From a virus (Duplodnaviria; Caudoviricetes): a stretch of DNA of 64,000 nucleotides. Below are positions 1 to 7,538 of this stretch, piece by piece. The stretch is from the IMG/VR virus record IMGVR_UViG_3300042366_000756, positions 26,368 through 90,367 of that record; one strand, 5' to 3'. Within the stretch, counting starts at the first letter, position 1. Each line of letters starts with the position of its first letter. The notes under the pieces are model-generated. The model ran no database searches and had not been told where the DNA came from. It was given only the letters and a program-made list of their open reading frames with translations. The translations under genes and the position numbers were made by a program.

Positions 1-2
1 CT

Positions 3-608
3 ATTTCAATAACTACTAGTGCTGGAACAACTAGCCCATTAACAGCGACTGGATCATTTTTGGGTGGACAGTCTTATACTTTTACTATTGTTGCAACTAA
101 TGCTAATGGAAATAGTTTATCTAGTTCTGCAAGTCCTGGAGTAGTTGTTACAGAAACTTCCGTTCCAGCAAAACCAGCAGCACCAACCGTAACAACTGCA
201 GCAGATGCTGATACCGTTACCTGGGTTGCTCCAGCAAATGGTGGAAGTACAATTACTGGATACACTTGGGCATCATCTGATGGCAAAACTGCAACAGTTA
301 GTGGAACAACGCTATCAGTTGTAGTTGCTCAAGAAGGAAATACATCACAAACATATACTGTTTATGCTACAAATGCAATTGGAAACTCTTCAATATCAGA
401 TCCATCAAATAGTGTTACTACCCCGCCGTTTTTCCCATCATTTGGTCCATTCTTCCCACCGTTCTTCCCATTCTTTCCACCGTTCTTCCCGTTCTTCCCA
501 CCGTTCTTCCCATTCTTTCCACCGTTCTTCCCGTTCTTCCCACCGTTCTTCCCGTTCTTCCCATTCTTCCCAAGATTCGTTCCGCCAAGTTTTGGTCCTC
601 TGGGCTAA
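3..608 (+). CDS. FN3-domain virion/decoration-type protein with C-terminal Pro/Phe tail (5' end truncated by window edge)
   Basis: Frame is open from position 3 to TAA at 606-608. FN3-like motifs (SYTFTIVATNANG; TVTWVAP..GGSTITGY..YTVYATNAIG) are followed by a (PPFF/PFF)n tail ending PRFVPPSF. Confidence 0.8.
   Translation: MSITTSAGTTSPLTATGSFLGGQSYTFTIVATNANGNSLSSSASPGVVVTETSVPAKPAAPTVTTAADADTVTWVAPANGGSTITGYTWASSDGKTATVSGTTLSVVVAQEGNTSQTYTVYATNAIGNSSISDPSNSVTTPPFFPSFGPFFPPFFPFFPPFFPFFPPFFPFFPPFFPFFPPFFPFFPFFPRFVPPSFGPLG
423..593 (+). repeat. Pro/Phe coding repeat, copy 1
   Basis: 42 consecutive codons (447-572) encode only P or F; there is an exact 42-nt tandem duplication at 456-497 / 498-539. 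Confidence 0.95.
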
Positions 609-618
609 TAAATGATAT

Positions 619-650
619 AAAAAAACCCCCAAGGAAAAAATCCAAGGGGG
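619..650 (-). terminator. Intrinsic terminator for the minus-strand lysozyme-like gene (possibly bidirectional)
   Basis: CCCCC-AA-GGA..TCC-AA-GGGGG stem at 626-650 with an A7 run at 619-625 (U-tract on the minus strand), between convergent genes. Confidence 0.7.
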
Positions 651-665
651 TAATTTTATTAACTG

Positions 666-1211
666 CTACTTACATGGATACTTGTTATACCATTCCTGAT
701 ACCGTGATCCATTTAGAGTAGTCCATGAGGACCAGTCTGTACCGCCTTTAGTCATATGATGTGTTATTTGTGCGTTTTTAACTGGATTAAATAGTTCAGA
801 GTTTGACTCTAAATCAAACTTCTCTCTACGATCTGGACCTAAGTTCCCTATCATGTTTATTTGAAACATGCCATAAGAACTATCTCCAGTATTAGAATTA
901 CCGTTAAAGGCATGTGGTCTAGCATTAGTCTCAGCCATAGCAATTGCACAAGCAGATCTTAAAGCCTTTCCTTCAAACCCTACAGCCTTTAATAATTCAA
1001 TTAACTGCCCATCACTTAAATTATGAGCATTTTTATACTTTTCTAATATTTTTTCTTTAGAAACCAAAAAAGCCACCTTGGGGGTGGCAGAGGAATCTAT
1101 AGAACTTTTAATTAGTAAGTTGTTTTCATTTGTTGCATTTGCGGTAGCCGAAAAAACGGTACTGCAAATAACCAACGTTAATACCCCTAGCCAAACATTT
1201 GCTTCTCTCAT
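666..1211 (-). CDS. Lysozyme-like/SLT transglycosylase with N-terminal hydrophobic signal segment
   Basis: AIAMAET (catalytic Glu) and GDSSYGMFQINM motifs. ATG at 1211 is preceded by AGGAGG; N-terminus reads WLGVLTLVICSTVFSATANA. Confidence 0.8.
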   Translation of the reverse strand: MREANVWLGVLTLVICSTVFSATANATNENNLLIKSSIDSSATPKVAFLVSKEKILEKYKNAHNLSDGQLIELLKAVGFEGKALRSACAIAMAETNARPHAFNGNSNTGDSSYGMFQINMIGNLGPDRREKFDLESNSELFNPVKNAQITHHMTKGGTDWSSWTTLNGSRYQEWYNKYPCK

Positions 1212-1235
1212 TGTAGAATACCTCCTAGAGAACAA

Positions 1236-1255
1236 ATGCTACCTACTGGTAGCAT
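1236..1255 (-). promoter_or_regulatory. Perfect 8-bp stem-loop at the predicted 5' end of the lysozyme mRNA
   Basis: ATGCTACC-TACT-GGTAGCAT inverted repeat starting about 7 nt downstream of the -10 box. Confidence 0.55.
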
Positions 1256-1261
1256 GTATTA

Positions 1262-1291
1262 ATTATAACATCAATTTGCCCTTTTGGTCAA
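1262..1291 (-). promoter_or_regulatory. Sigma70-type promoter for the lysozyme-like gene
   Basis: Minus strand reads TTGACC-N18-TATAAT with TG extension. Confidence 0.7.
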
Positions 1292-1337
1292 GTTAAACAA
1301 TAAAATATAAAAATATTTAAAATATTACTTTAGTTAG

Positions 1338-1346
1338 TGGTATAAT
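1338..1346 (+). promoter_or_regulatory. Extended -10 promoter
   Basis: TGGTATAAT, 9 nt before ATG 1356, no SD. Confidence 0.6.
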
Positions 1347-1355
1347 AATAAGATT

Positions 1356-1769
1356 ATGGCTACTTTTAGAGATCAAGGTTTAGGCTCTTATTCAATTGGT
1401 TCTGCACCTCCTACGGTCAACTGGACGATTGTAAAGGGCGACACATCAGCATTTCGGGTATATGTAACAGATGATAATAAAGATCCCCTAGTGATTGAAG
1501 ACTGGACAATTGAAATGGAAATTAAAAGACCAGCAATTGCGGGTAATTTAAATGATGCTGATCCAGCAGGAGTTTTGATTCTTACTCCTATTGCCACAGC
1601 AGAAGATGGCGATGGAGAATTTACAGTTTCTCTAACATCTGCTCAATCAAAAAGTTTAAACACTGGAGATATTTTTGATATTGAATTAAGGGATGCCAGC
1701 AGGGTATGGACAGTTGCTCGTGGTATATTAACAGTTATTGAAGATGTTACAAACAGCGATGAGTCATAA
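1356..1769 (+). CDS. Hypothetical virion structural protein (BppU-N-like beta-sandwich possible)
   Basis: 137-aa ORF with IVKGDT..F.V / GEFTVSLT / FDIEL pattern; sits in the fibre cassette. Confidence 0.55.
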   Translation: MATFRDQGLGSYSIGSAPPTVNWTIVKGDTSAFRVYVTDDNKDPLVIEDWTIEMEIKRPAIAGNLNDADPAGVLILTPIATAEDGDGEFTVSLTSAQSKSLNTGDIFDIELRDASRVWTVARGILTVIEDVTNSDES

Positions 1770-1990
1770 TGGCTTCCGTAGCAATAATAGATTTATCTGA
1801 AAAAAGATCAGAAACAATTTCTAGGATAGGTTATCCTAAAAGTAATATAAGTGGTTTTGTAAGGCTTACAAAGATACAAGAAGTTTTGCCTTTTAGAGTT
1901 ATGTTTACAAATATTGGAATACCAGCAGCATACTCAGGTGTACCTGGAATTGGACTTCAAATAATTGGAATTAATAACTATATTCTTTAA
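1769..1990 (+). CDS. Small hypothetical protein
   Basis: 73-aa ORF coupled to the upstream gene by a TAATG overlap. Confidence 0.6.
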   Translation: MASVAIIDLSEKRSETISRIGYPKSNISGFVRLTKIQEVLPFRVMFTNIGIPAAYSGVPGIGLQIIGINNYIL

Positions 1991-1995
1991 CATAA

Positions 1996-2004
1996 TGATA
2001 TAAT
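1996..2004 (+). promoter_or_regulatory. Extended -10 promoter (leaderless start)
   Basis: TGATATAAT, 6 nt before ATG 2011. Confidence 0.6.
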
Positions 2005-2010
2005 AACCTT

Positions 2011-2457
2011 ATGGCAAAGATATCAACCACCAACGTAAAGGCCCTGTTTCAGACAGGCGATAGACCAACAGAAGAAAACTATATAGATTTAATTGATAGT
2101 ACTTCTGCTAGGTCTACCGATCTTGGATCAGACGGCAATAATGAGTTAACAATTAATGGAATTGAAAACTCAACAGTATTTGATAGTTTTGCATCAAGCG
2201 AGTTTAGATCAATGAAATATATGATCTCACTCAAGCATGTAGCAGGCGGTGCAAATAAGTACGCTGTTACAGAATTAACAATATTGAATGATGGATCAGA
2301 TGTATCTGTTAGTCAATATGGCACTATTGAAAATGATGGGAATATTGGCACCATCTCTGTTTCAAAGGCTGGGGACACAGTTTCACTAACTGTGGTTCCT
2401 GTGGGGGGAAATACACCTATAACTCTGCGCTACATGCGTATGGGATTAAAGGCCTAA
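2011..2457 (+). CDS. Putative fibre-associated structural protein
   Basis: N-terminal FQTGDRPTEENYIDLIDS motif typical of fibre N-termini. The C-terminal domain (FDSF..SEFRSMKYMI..SQYG) resembles the C-terminus of the 707-aa neighbour (IDTW..TYSSAKYIV..TEYA). Confidence 0.6.
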   Translation: MAKISTTNVKALFQTGDRPTEENYIDLIDSTSARSTDLGSDGNNELTINGIENSTVFDSFASSEFRSMKYMISLKHVAGGANKYAVTELTILNDGSDVSVSQYGTIENDGNIGTISVSKAGDTVSLTVVPVGGNTPITLRYMRMGLKA

Positions 2458-2472
2458 CTAAGGAGATAAAAG

Positions 2473-4596
2473 ATGGCAACAGTAACAAAAGACTTTAGAG
2501 TAAAATCGGGACTGATAGTTGAGGGATCAACTGCGACCGTTAATGGAAAGAACATAATCACAGCAGGCACAATTGATGCTAAAGGTGATTTATTAGTAGG
2601 TAGTGCAGACGATGCAGTAGCACGTCTTGGCATTGGAACAGATGGGCAAGTCCTTACAGCAGCGTCAGGAGCAACATATGGCGTTCAATGGTCAAACCCT
2701 GCAGCAGTTGGTGTATTTGATACATCAATTACCTTTGAAGGCGCAACAGCAGATGACTACGAGACAACTCTTACAGTTGCAGACCCAACAGCAGATCGTA
2801 CAATTACACTCCCTAACGTATCAGGTACCGTAGTTACATCTGGTGATACTGGTACAGTTACAGCAACAATGCTTGCTTCAGATTCAGTAACTACCGTAAA
2901 AATTACAGACGCAAACGTAACTGCAGCAAAACTTGCTACAGACTCTGTAGAGACAGCAAAGATTAAAGATGCAAATGTAACTGCTGCTAAACTTGCTGCA
3001 GATTCTGTAGAAACAGCAAAGATTGTTGACTCTAACGTAACAGCAGCAAAATTGGCTGCAGATTCAGTTACAACTGCAAAGATTCTTGATGCAAACGTAA
3101 CAGATGCAAAACTTGCTTCAAACTCAGTTACAAACGCTAAAATTGCAGATTCAGCAGTTGATACAGCAGAGATTGCTAATAGCGCAGTAACTGCAGCAAA
3201 ACTTGCTACAGATTCTGTAGAGACAGCAAAGATTAAAGATTCAAATGTAACTGCTGTTAAACTTGCTACAGACTCTGTAGAGACAGCAAAAATTAAAGAT
3301 CTTAACGTAACAGAAGCAAAAATTGCAGAAGGTGCAGTAACTTCAGCAAAGATTGCTAACGATACAATTGTAGATGCAGACATTAATTCTGCTGCTGCAA
3401 TCGCTCAGTCTAAGATTGCAAATCTTACAACAGATCTTGCTGCTAAGTTAGCACTTGCTGGTGGCACAATGACTGGTGCAATTGCAATGGGTACAAACAA
3501 GATCACAGGTCTTGGTACACCAACTGATGGAACAGATGCAGCAACAAAGAATTATGTAGACTCAGCAGCACAGGGTATTGATTGGAAAGCATCAGTACGT
3601 GCAGCAACAACTGCAGCAGTAACACTCGCATCTGATCTAGAAAATGGAGATACTCTTGACGGAGTAACCCTTGCTACAGGTGACCGTGTTCTTGTTAAGA
3701 ATCAGTCAACTGGTTCAGAAAATGGTATCTATGTAGTTAAGGCATCTGGTGCTCCAGATCGTTCAACTGATGCAGATGCAGGCTCTGAACTTACTTCAAA
3801 TTTTGCGGTATTCGTAGAAGAAGGAACTGTAAACGCTGATCAAGGTTATACATTAACTAACAATGGCTCAATTACAATTGGTACCACAGCACTTACTTTT
3901 ACTCAGTTTACTGGTTTGGGACAAATTATTGCGGGTACAGGATTAGACAAGACTGGAAACACTCTTGACATTGATTCAACTGTAACAACAAACGATGGAA
4001 CTCAGACACTTACAAACAAGTCAATTAGTGGTTCAGCAAACACTATTACAAATGTTTCCCTAACTTCTAGCGTTACAGGAACACTTCCTGTTGCTAACGG
4101 TGGTACTGGAATCACATCACTTGGAGCAGGAATTGCAACATTCCTTGAAACTCCATCTTCTGCAAACCTTGCATCAGCATTAACCGATGAAGCAGGCTCT
4201 GGAACAGTAGCATTTACTAATAGTCCAACCTTTACTACACCAACCCTTGGTGCAGCAGCAGCGACAAGTATTGCTCTTCCAGATGCTCTTATGGGTTCTG
4301 CTCTTGCTACCGCTTCAGACTCAGCAACAACAATTGATACATGGTCAGCAACAACATACTCAAGTGCTAAATATATCGTACAAATGAAAAAAGGTAATGA
4401 TATTGAAGTGATTGAAGTTTTGGTTACTGTAGATGGATTAAACAACGTTTACCTAACAGAGTATGCAGATGTAATCAGTAATGCAGTATTAGGAACAACT
4501 GACGCTGTGTACAGCGGTGGAAACGTTCTTCTTCAGGTAACTGGTGCATCAGCAGATACCGCTGTTAAAGTACACAAAATTTATATTGAAGCATAA
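2473..4596 (+). CDS. Fibre-like virion protein with 10-aa repeats
   Basis: SD AAGGAG; decapeptide repeats, LAGGTMTGAI..AATKNYVD fibre motif, WKASVRAATT domain. Confidence 0.75.
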   Translation: MATVTKDFRVKSGLIVEGSTATVNGKNIITAGTIDAKGDLLVGSADDAVARLGIGTDGQVLTAASGATYGVQWSNPAAVGVFDTSITFEGATADDYETTLTVADPTADRTITLPNVSGTVVTSGDTGTVTATMLASDSVTTVKITDANVTAAKLATDSVETAKIKDANVTAAKLAADSVETAKIVDSNVTAAKLAADSVTTAKILDANVTDAKLASNSVTNAKIADSAVDTAEIANSAVTAAKLATDSVETAKIKDSNVTAVKLATDSVETAKIKDLNVTEAKIAEGAVTSAKIANDTIVDADINSAAAIAQSKIANLTTDLAAKLALAGGTMTGAIAMGTNKITGLGTPTDGTDAATKNYVDSAAQGIDWKASVRAATTAAVTLASDLENGDTLDGVTLATGDRVLVKNQSTGSENGIYVVKASGAPDRSTDADAGSELTSNFAVFVEEGTVNADQGYTLTNNGSITIGTTALTFTQFTGLGQIIAGTGLDKTGNTLDIDSTVTTNDGTQTLTNKSISGSANTITNVSLTSSVTGTLPVANGGTGITSLGAGIATFLETPSSANLASALTDEAGSGTVAFTNSPTFTTPTLGAAAATSIALPDALMGSALATASDSATTIDTWSATTYSSAKYIVQMKKGNDIEVIEVLVTVDGLNNVYLTEYADVISNAVLGTTDAVYSGGNVLLQVTGASADTAVKVHKIYIEA
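2857..3396 (+). repeat. 17-18 copies of a 30-nt / 10-aa repeat (V-T-x-A-K-I/L-x-x-x-x)
   Basis: VTAAKLATDS / VETAKIKDAN alternation; 54-nt blocks at 2917-2970 and 3187-3240 differ by one base. Confidence 0.9.
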
Positions 4597-4614
4597 CTAG
4601 AATAGAGGTTAGAA

Positions 4615-5064
4615 GTGGCAACAATAAACAAAGACTTTAGAGTAAAGCATGGCATTAACGTTGCCGAAGGCGGTACTTTTGGAGGAACTGTTACAGTTGC
4701 CACTCCTACTGAAAACACACATGCAACAACAAAGTCCTATGTAGATTCAATAGCAGGAATGGTTGTTGGTGCTACAGCACCTACTTCTCCAACTAATGGA
4801 AGACTATGGTTTGATACATTAACAGAACGTGTGCATGTTTATTATGATTCTGAGTGGCTTGCAATTGCAACACTTGAAGATGCAGAAATATTACAAGACC
4901 ATATTCACGATACCGCTATTGATGGCACTGGTTTAATCGTCAGTACTTTTGTTAGTGGTGGGGCATATAATGAACCAGGAGTTCTTGTAAGTGCAGGATT
5001 GTACAACACGTCAGAGTTTGAAGAAACTTTTGATGGTGGGACAGCAATAGATAATTTTAACTAA
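4615..5064 (+). CDS. Small fibre-like structural protein
   Basis: GTG start after GAGG; N-terminus MATINKDFRVK parallels MATVTKDFRVK of 2473; ATTKSYVD and P..G.LWFDT motifs. Confidence 0.7.
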   Translation: MATINKDFRVKHGINVAEGGTFGGTVTVATPTENTHATTKSYVDSIAGMVVGATAPTSPTNGRLWFDTLTERVHVYYDSEWLAIATLEDAEILQDHIHDTAIDGTGLIVSTFVSGGAYNEPGVLVSAGLYNTSEFEETFDGGTAIDNFN

Positions 5065-5069
5065 TTATC

Positions 5070-5078
5070 TGTTATAAT
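5070..5078 (+). promoter_or_regulatory. Extended -10 promoter
   Basis: TGTTATAAT upstream of the AAGGAG SD. Confidence 0.6.
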
Positions 5079-5102
5079 ATAACTAAGTATAAGGAGTCGT
5101 AA

Positions 5103-7538
5103 ATGGCAACTAGAATGCAACAGCGCAGAGGAACTGCTTCACAGTGGACTTCTGCAAATCCAGTATTAAATGCGGGTGAAATGGGATGGGAATCAGATAC
5201 AAATAAATTTAAGATGGGTGATGGAACAAATCACTGGGCAGATCTTGATTATTTTATTGATGCCAACTCAACAGTAAACCCTTCTTTTGGTACTAGCATT
5301 GTTTTTGAGGGTGCAACAGCAGACTCCTATGAAACTACACTACAAGTAACAGACCCAACCGCAGACCGAACAATTACTCTTCCAAACGTTACAGGTACAG
5401 TTATTACAACTGGCAACCTTTCAGACATTACTAACATTGGAGTATTTACTTCAACAATTACAATGGAAGGCGCTACTGCAAATGATCACGAACTTACAAT
5501 TTCTGCAGGTGATCCAACCGCAGATCGTACAGCAACTTTTCCAGATGCCACAGGCACTATTGTTCTTCATGATGCAAGTCAAACATTAACTAATAAAACT
5601 ATTTCTTTTTCAAATAACGCAGTTTCAGGAACGCTTGCTGAGTTTAATACTGCTGTAGCAGATGCAGATCTTGTTTCTATTTCTGGTGCAGAAACACTTA
5701 CAAACAAAACTCTTACAAGTCCAGTAGTTTCACAACTTATACTTTCAGATTCTTCAATTGTTTTTGAAGGTTCTACTGCTAATGACTATGAAACTACACT
5801 TACAGTAGTAGATCCAACTGAAGACAGGACAATTACTCTCCCAAATGAAACAGGAACTGTAATTACAACTGGTAACTTTGCAGCAATTACATCCTTAACT
5901 AACCCATCAATTTCAAATCCAACGATTTCAGGTCTTATTATTTCCGACTCTTCAATAGTTCTTGAAGGCGCAACGGCAAATGATTTTGAAACAACTTTGA
6001 ATATAACAGATCCAACTGCCGACAGGACAATTACTTTTCCTGACATAAGTGGTAATGTTATTACAAGTGGAAACTTATCAGATATTACTAGCCTTGGAGT
6101 TTTAAGTTCAATTGTTTTTGAAGGTTCTACTGCTGATGATTTTGAACTTACTCTTGCAGGTGGCGAACCAACTGCTGACCGCACAGTTTCCTTCCCTGAT
6201 GCAGGAGGAGTAGTTGTTGTTGACACTGCTACACAAACCCTTACAAATAAAACTTTAACAAGTCCACAAGTAAGTGGTTTAACTATTACAGATGGAAGCA
6301 TTGTTCTTGAAGGTTCTACACCAAATGATTTTGAAACCACATTAACTGTTACAGATCCAACTGCTGACAGAACGATTTCATTCCCTGACGTAACTGGTAC
6401 AGTTGTAACAACTGGTGATACTGGTAGCGTAACTAGCACAATGATTTTAGACGGAACTATTGTTGATGGAGATATTAATGCATCAGCAGCGATTGCACAA
6501 TCTAAAATTTCTGGCCTAACAACTGATCTTGGAAATAAACAAGATAAGATTTCTGGTGTATCAGATACAGAAATTGGATACTTAAGTGCTGTAACTTCAG
6601 ACATTCAGGCACAACTAGATGCTAAGTTAGCCCTTGCTGGTGGAACCATGACTGGCGCTATTGCAATGGGCACAAGCAAAATTACTGGCCTTGGAACACC
6701 AACTGATGCAGCAGATGCAGCAACAAAGGCTTATGTAGATGCTCTTGGAGAAGGACTTCATATCCATGCTTCAGTAGTGGCTGCAACAACTGCAAACATT
6801 ACTCTTGCTACAGATGTTGAAAACGGAGACACTCTTGACGGAGTAACTCTTGCAACTGGTAACAGAATTCTTGTTAAGAATCAATCAACTGCATCTCAAA
6901 ACGGTATTTACGTAGTAGCAGCATCAGGAGCACCATCTAGAGCAGCAGACTTTGACTCCCCTGCTGAAATTGATGGAGGAGACTTTGTATTCGTAACTGG
7001 AGGAACAGTAAATGATAACAAAGGCTATGTACAGATAAACACTGTTGGAACAATAGGCACAGATGCAATTGAATTTAGCCAATTCTCAGGTGCAGGAACT
7101 TTTACTGCTGGTAACGGATTAACATTAACTGGCCCAGAGTTTACTATTAATACTAGCATTACAGCAGATCTTTCAACAGCCCAAACCCTCACAAATAAAA
7201 CATTAACATCACCTAAAATTAATTTAGGAATTAATGCTCAAACTGGCACAAATTATACATTTGTTTTAGCCGATGATGGTAAGTTTGTAACCGCATCTAA
7301 TTCTTCAGCAATTACAGTTACTATCCCGCCAATAAGTTCAGTTGCATATCCAATTGGAGCGCAACTTAATATTATTCAAAAGGGTGCAGGACAAGTTACA
7401 TTTGCTCAAGGTGCTGGAGTAACAATTAACTCTACTGGAGCAACTGCCACTGCGCCAAAACTTCGTGTAAGGTACTCATCAGCAACAGCCGTACATGAAG
7501 GCTCGGATATTTGGTACGTAGTAGGAGATATTGCGTAA
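5103..7538 (+). CDS. Tail-fibre-like protein with Mtd-N-like N-terminus and six internal repeats
   Basis: QQRRGTASQWTSANPVLNAGEMGWESDTNKFKMGDG (Mtd_N-like); six SIVFEGATA.D.ETTL..DPTADRTITLP modules; C-terminal QTGTNYTFVL.D domain. Confidence 0.75.
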   Translation: MATRMQQRRGTASQWTSANPVLNAGEMGWESDTNKFKMGDGTNHWADLDYFIDANSTVNPSFGTSIVFEGATADSYETTLQVTDPTADRTITLPNVTGTVITTGNLSDITNIGVFTSTITMEGATANDHELTISAGDPTADRTATFPDATGTIVLHDASQTLTNKTISFSNNAVSGTLAEFNTAVADADLVSISGAETLTNKTLTSPVVSQLILSDSSIVFEGSTANDYETTLTVVDPTEDRTITLPNETGTVITTGNFAAITSLTNPSISNPTISGLIISDSSIVLEGATANDFETTLNITDPTADRTITFPDISGNVITSGNLSDITSLGVLSSIVFEGSTADDFELTLAGGEPTADRTVSFPDAGGVVVVDTATQTLTNKTLTSPQVSGLTITDGSIVLEGSTPNDFETTLTVTDPTADRTISFPDVTGTVVTTGDTGSVTSTMILDGTIVDGDINASAAIAQSKISGLTTDLGNKQDKISGVSDTEIGYLSAVTSDIQAQLDAKLALAGGTMTGAIAMGTSKITGLGTPTDAADAATKAYVDALGEGLHIHASVVAATTANITLATDVENGDTLDGVTLATGNRILVKNQSTASQNGIYVVAASGAPSRAADFDSPAEIDGGDFVFVTGGTVNDNKGYVQINTVGTIGTDAIEFSQFSGAGTFTAGNGLTLTGPEFTINTSITADLSTAQTLTNKTLTSPKINLGINAQTGTNYTFVLADDGKFVTASNSSAITVTIPPISSVAYPIGAQLNIIQKGAGQVTFAQGAGVTINSTGATATAPKLRVRYSSATAVHEGSDIWYVVGDIA
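5292..6420 (+). repeat. Six dispersed ~40-aa modules (SIVxEGxTxxDxETTL..DPTxDRT)
   Basis: Read directly from the translation; a seventh copy lies in the 707-aa protein. Confidence 0.85.

Noticed and set aside
418-645. Alternative-frame and minus-strand ORFs over the Pro/Phe repeats (e.g. EERWEERE.., GRTGRTV.., SSHRSS..; also 8115-8315)
   Set aside because: The repeat lacks stop codons in several frames by composition. These ORFs have no SD, and the minus-strand ones lie in or beyond the lysin terminator.
1212-1337. c-di-AMP (ydaO) riboswitch before the cell-wall hydrolase
   Set aside because: The predicted leader is only about 45 nt with one hairpin, too short for that aptamer.
2757-6604. 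Long antisense ORFs (2757-3383, 4002-4445, 5786-6604; likewise 60701-61300)
   Set aside because: They mirror Ala/Thr/Val-rich sense genes whose codon usage yields few antisense stops; there are no start signals or recognisable motifs.
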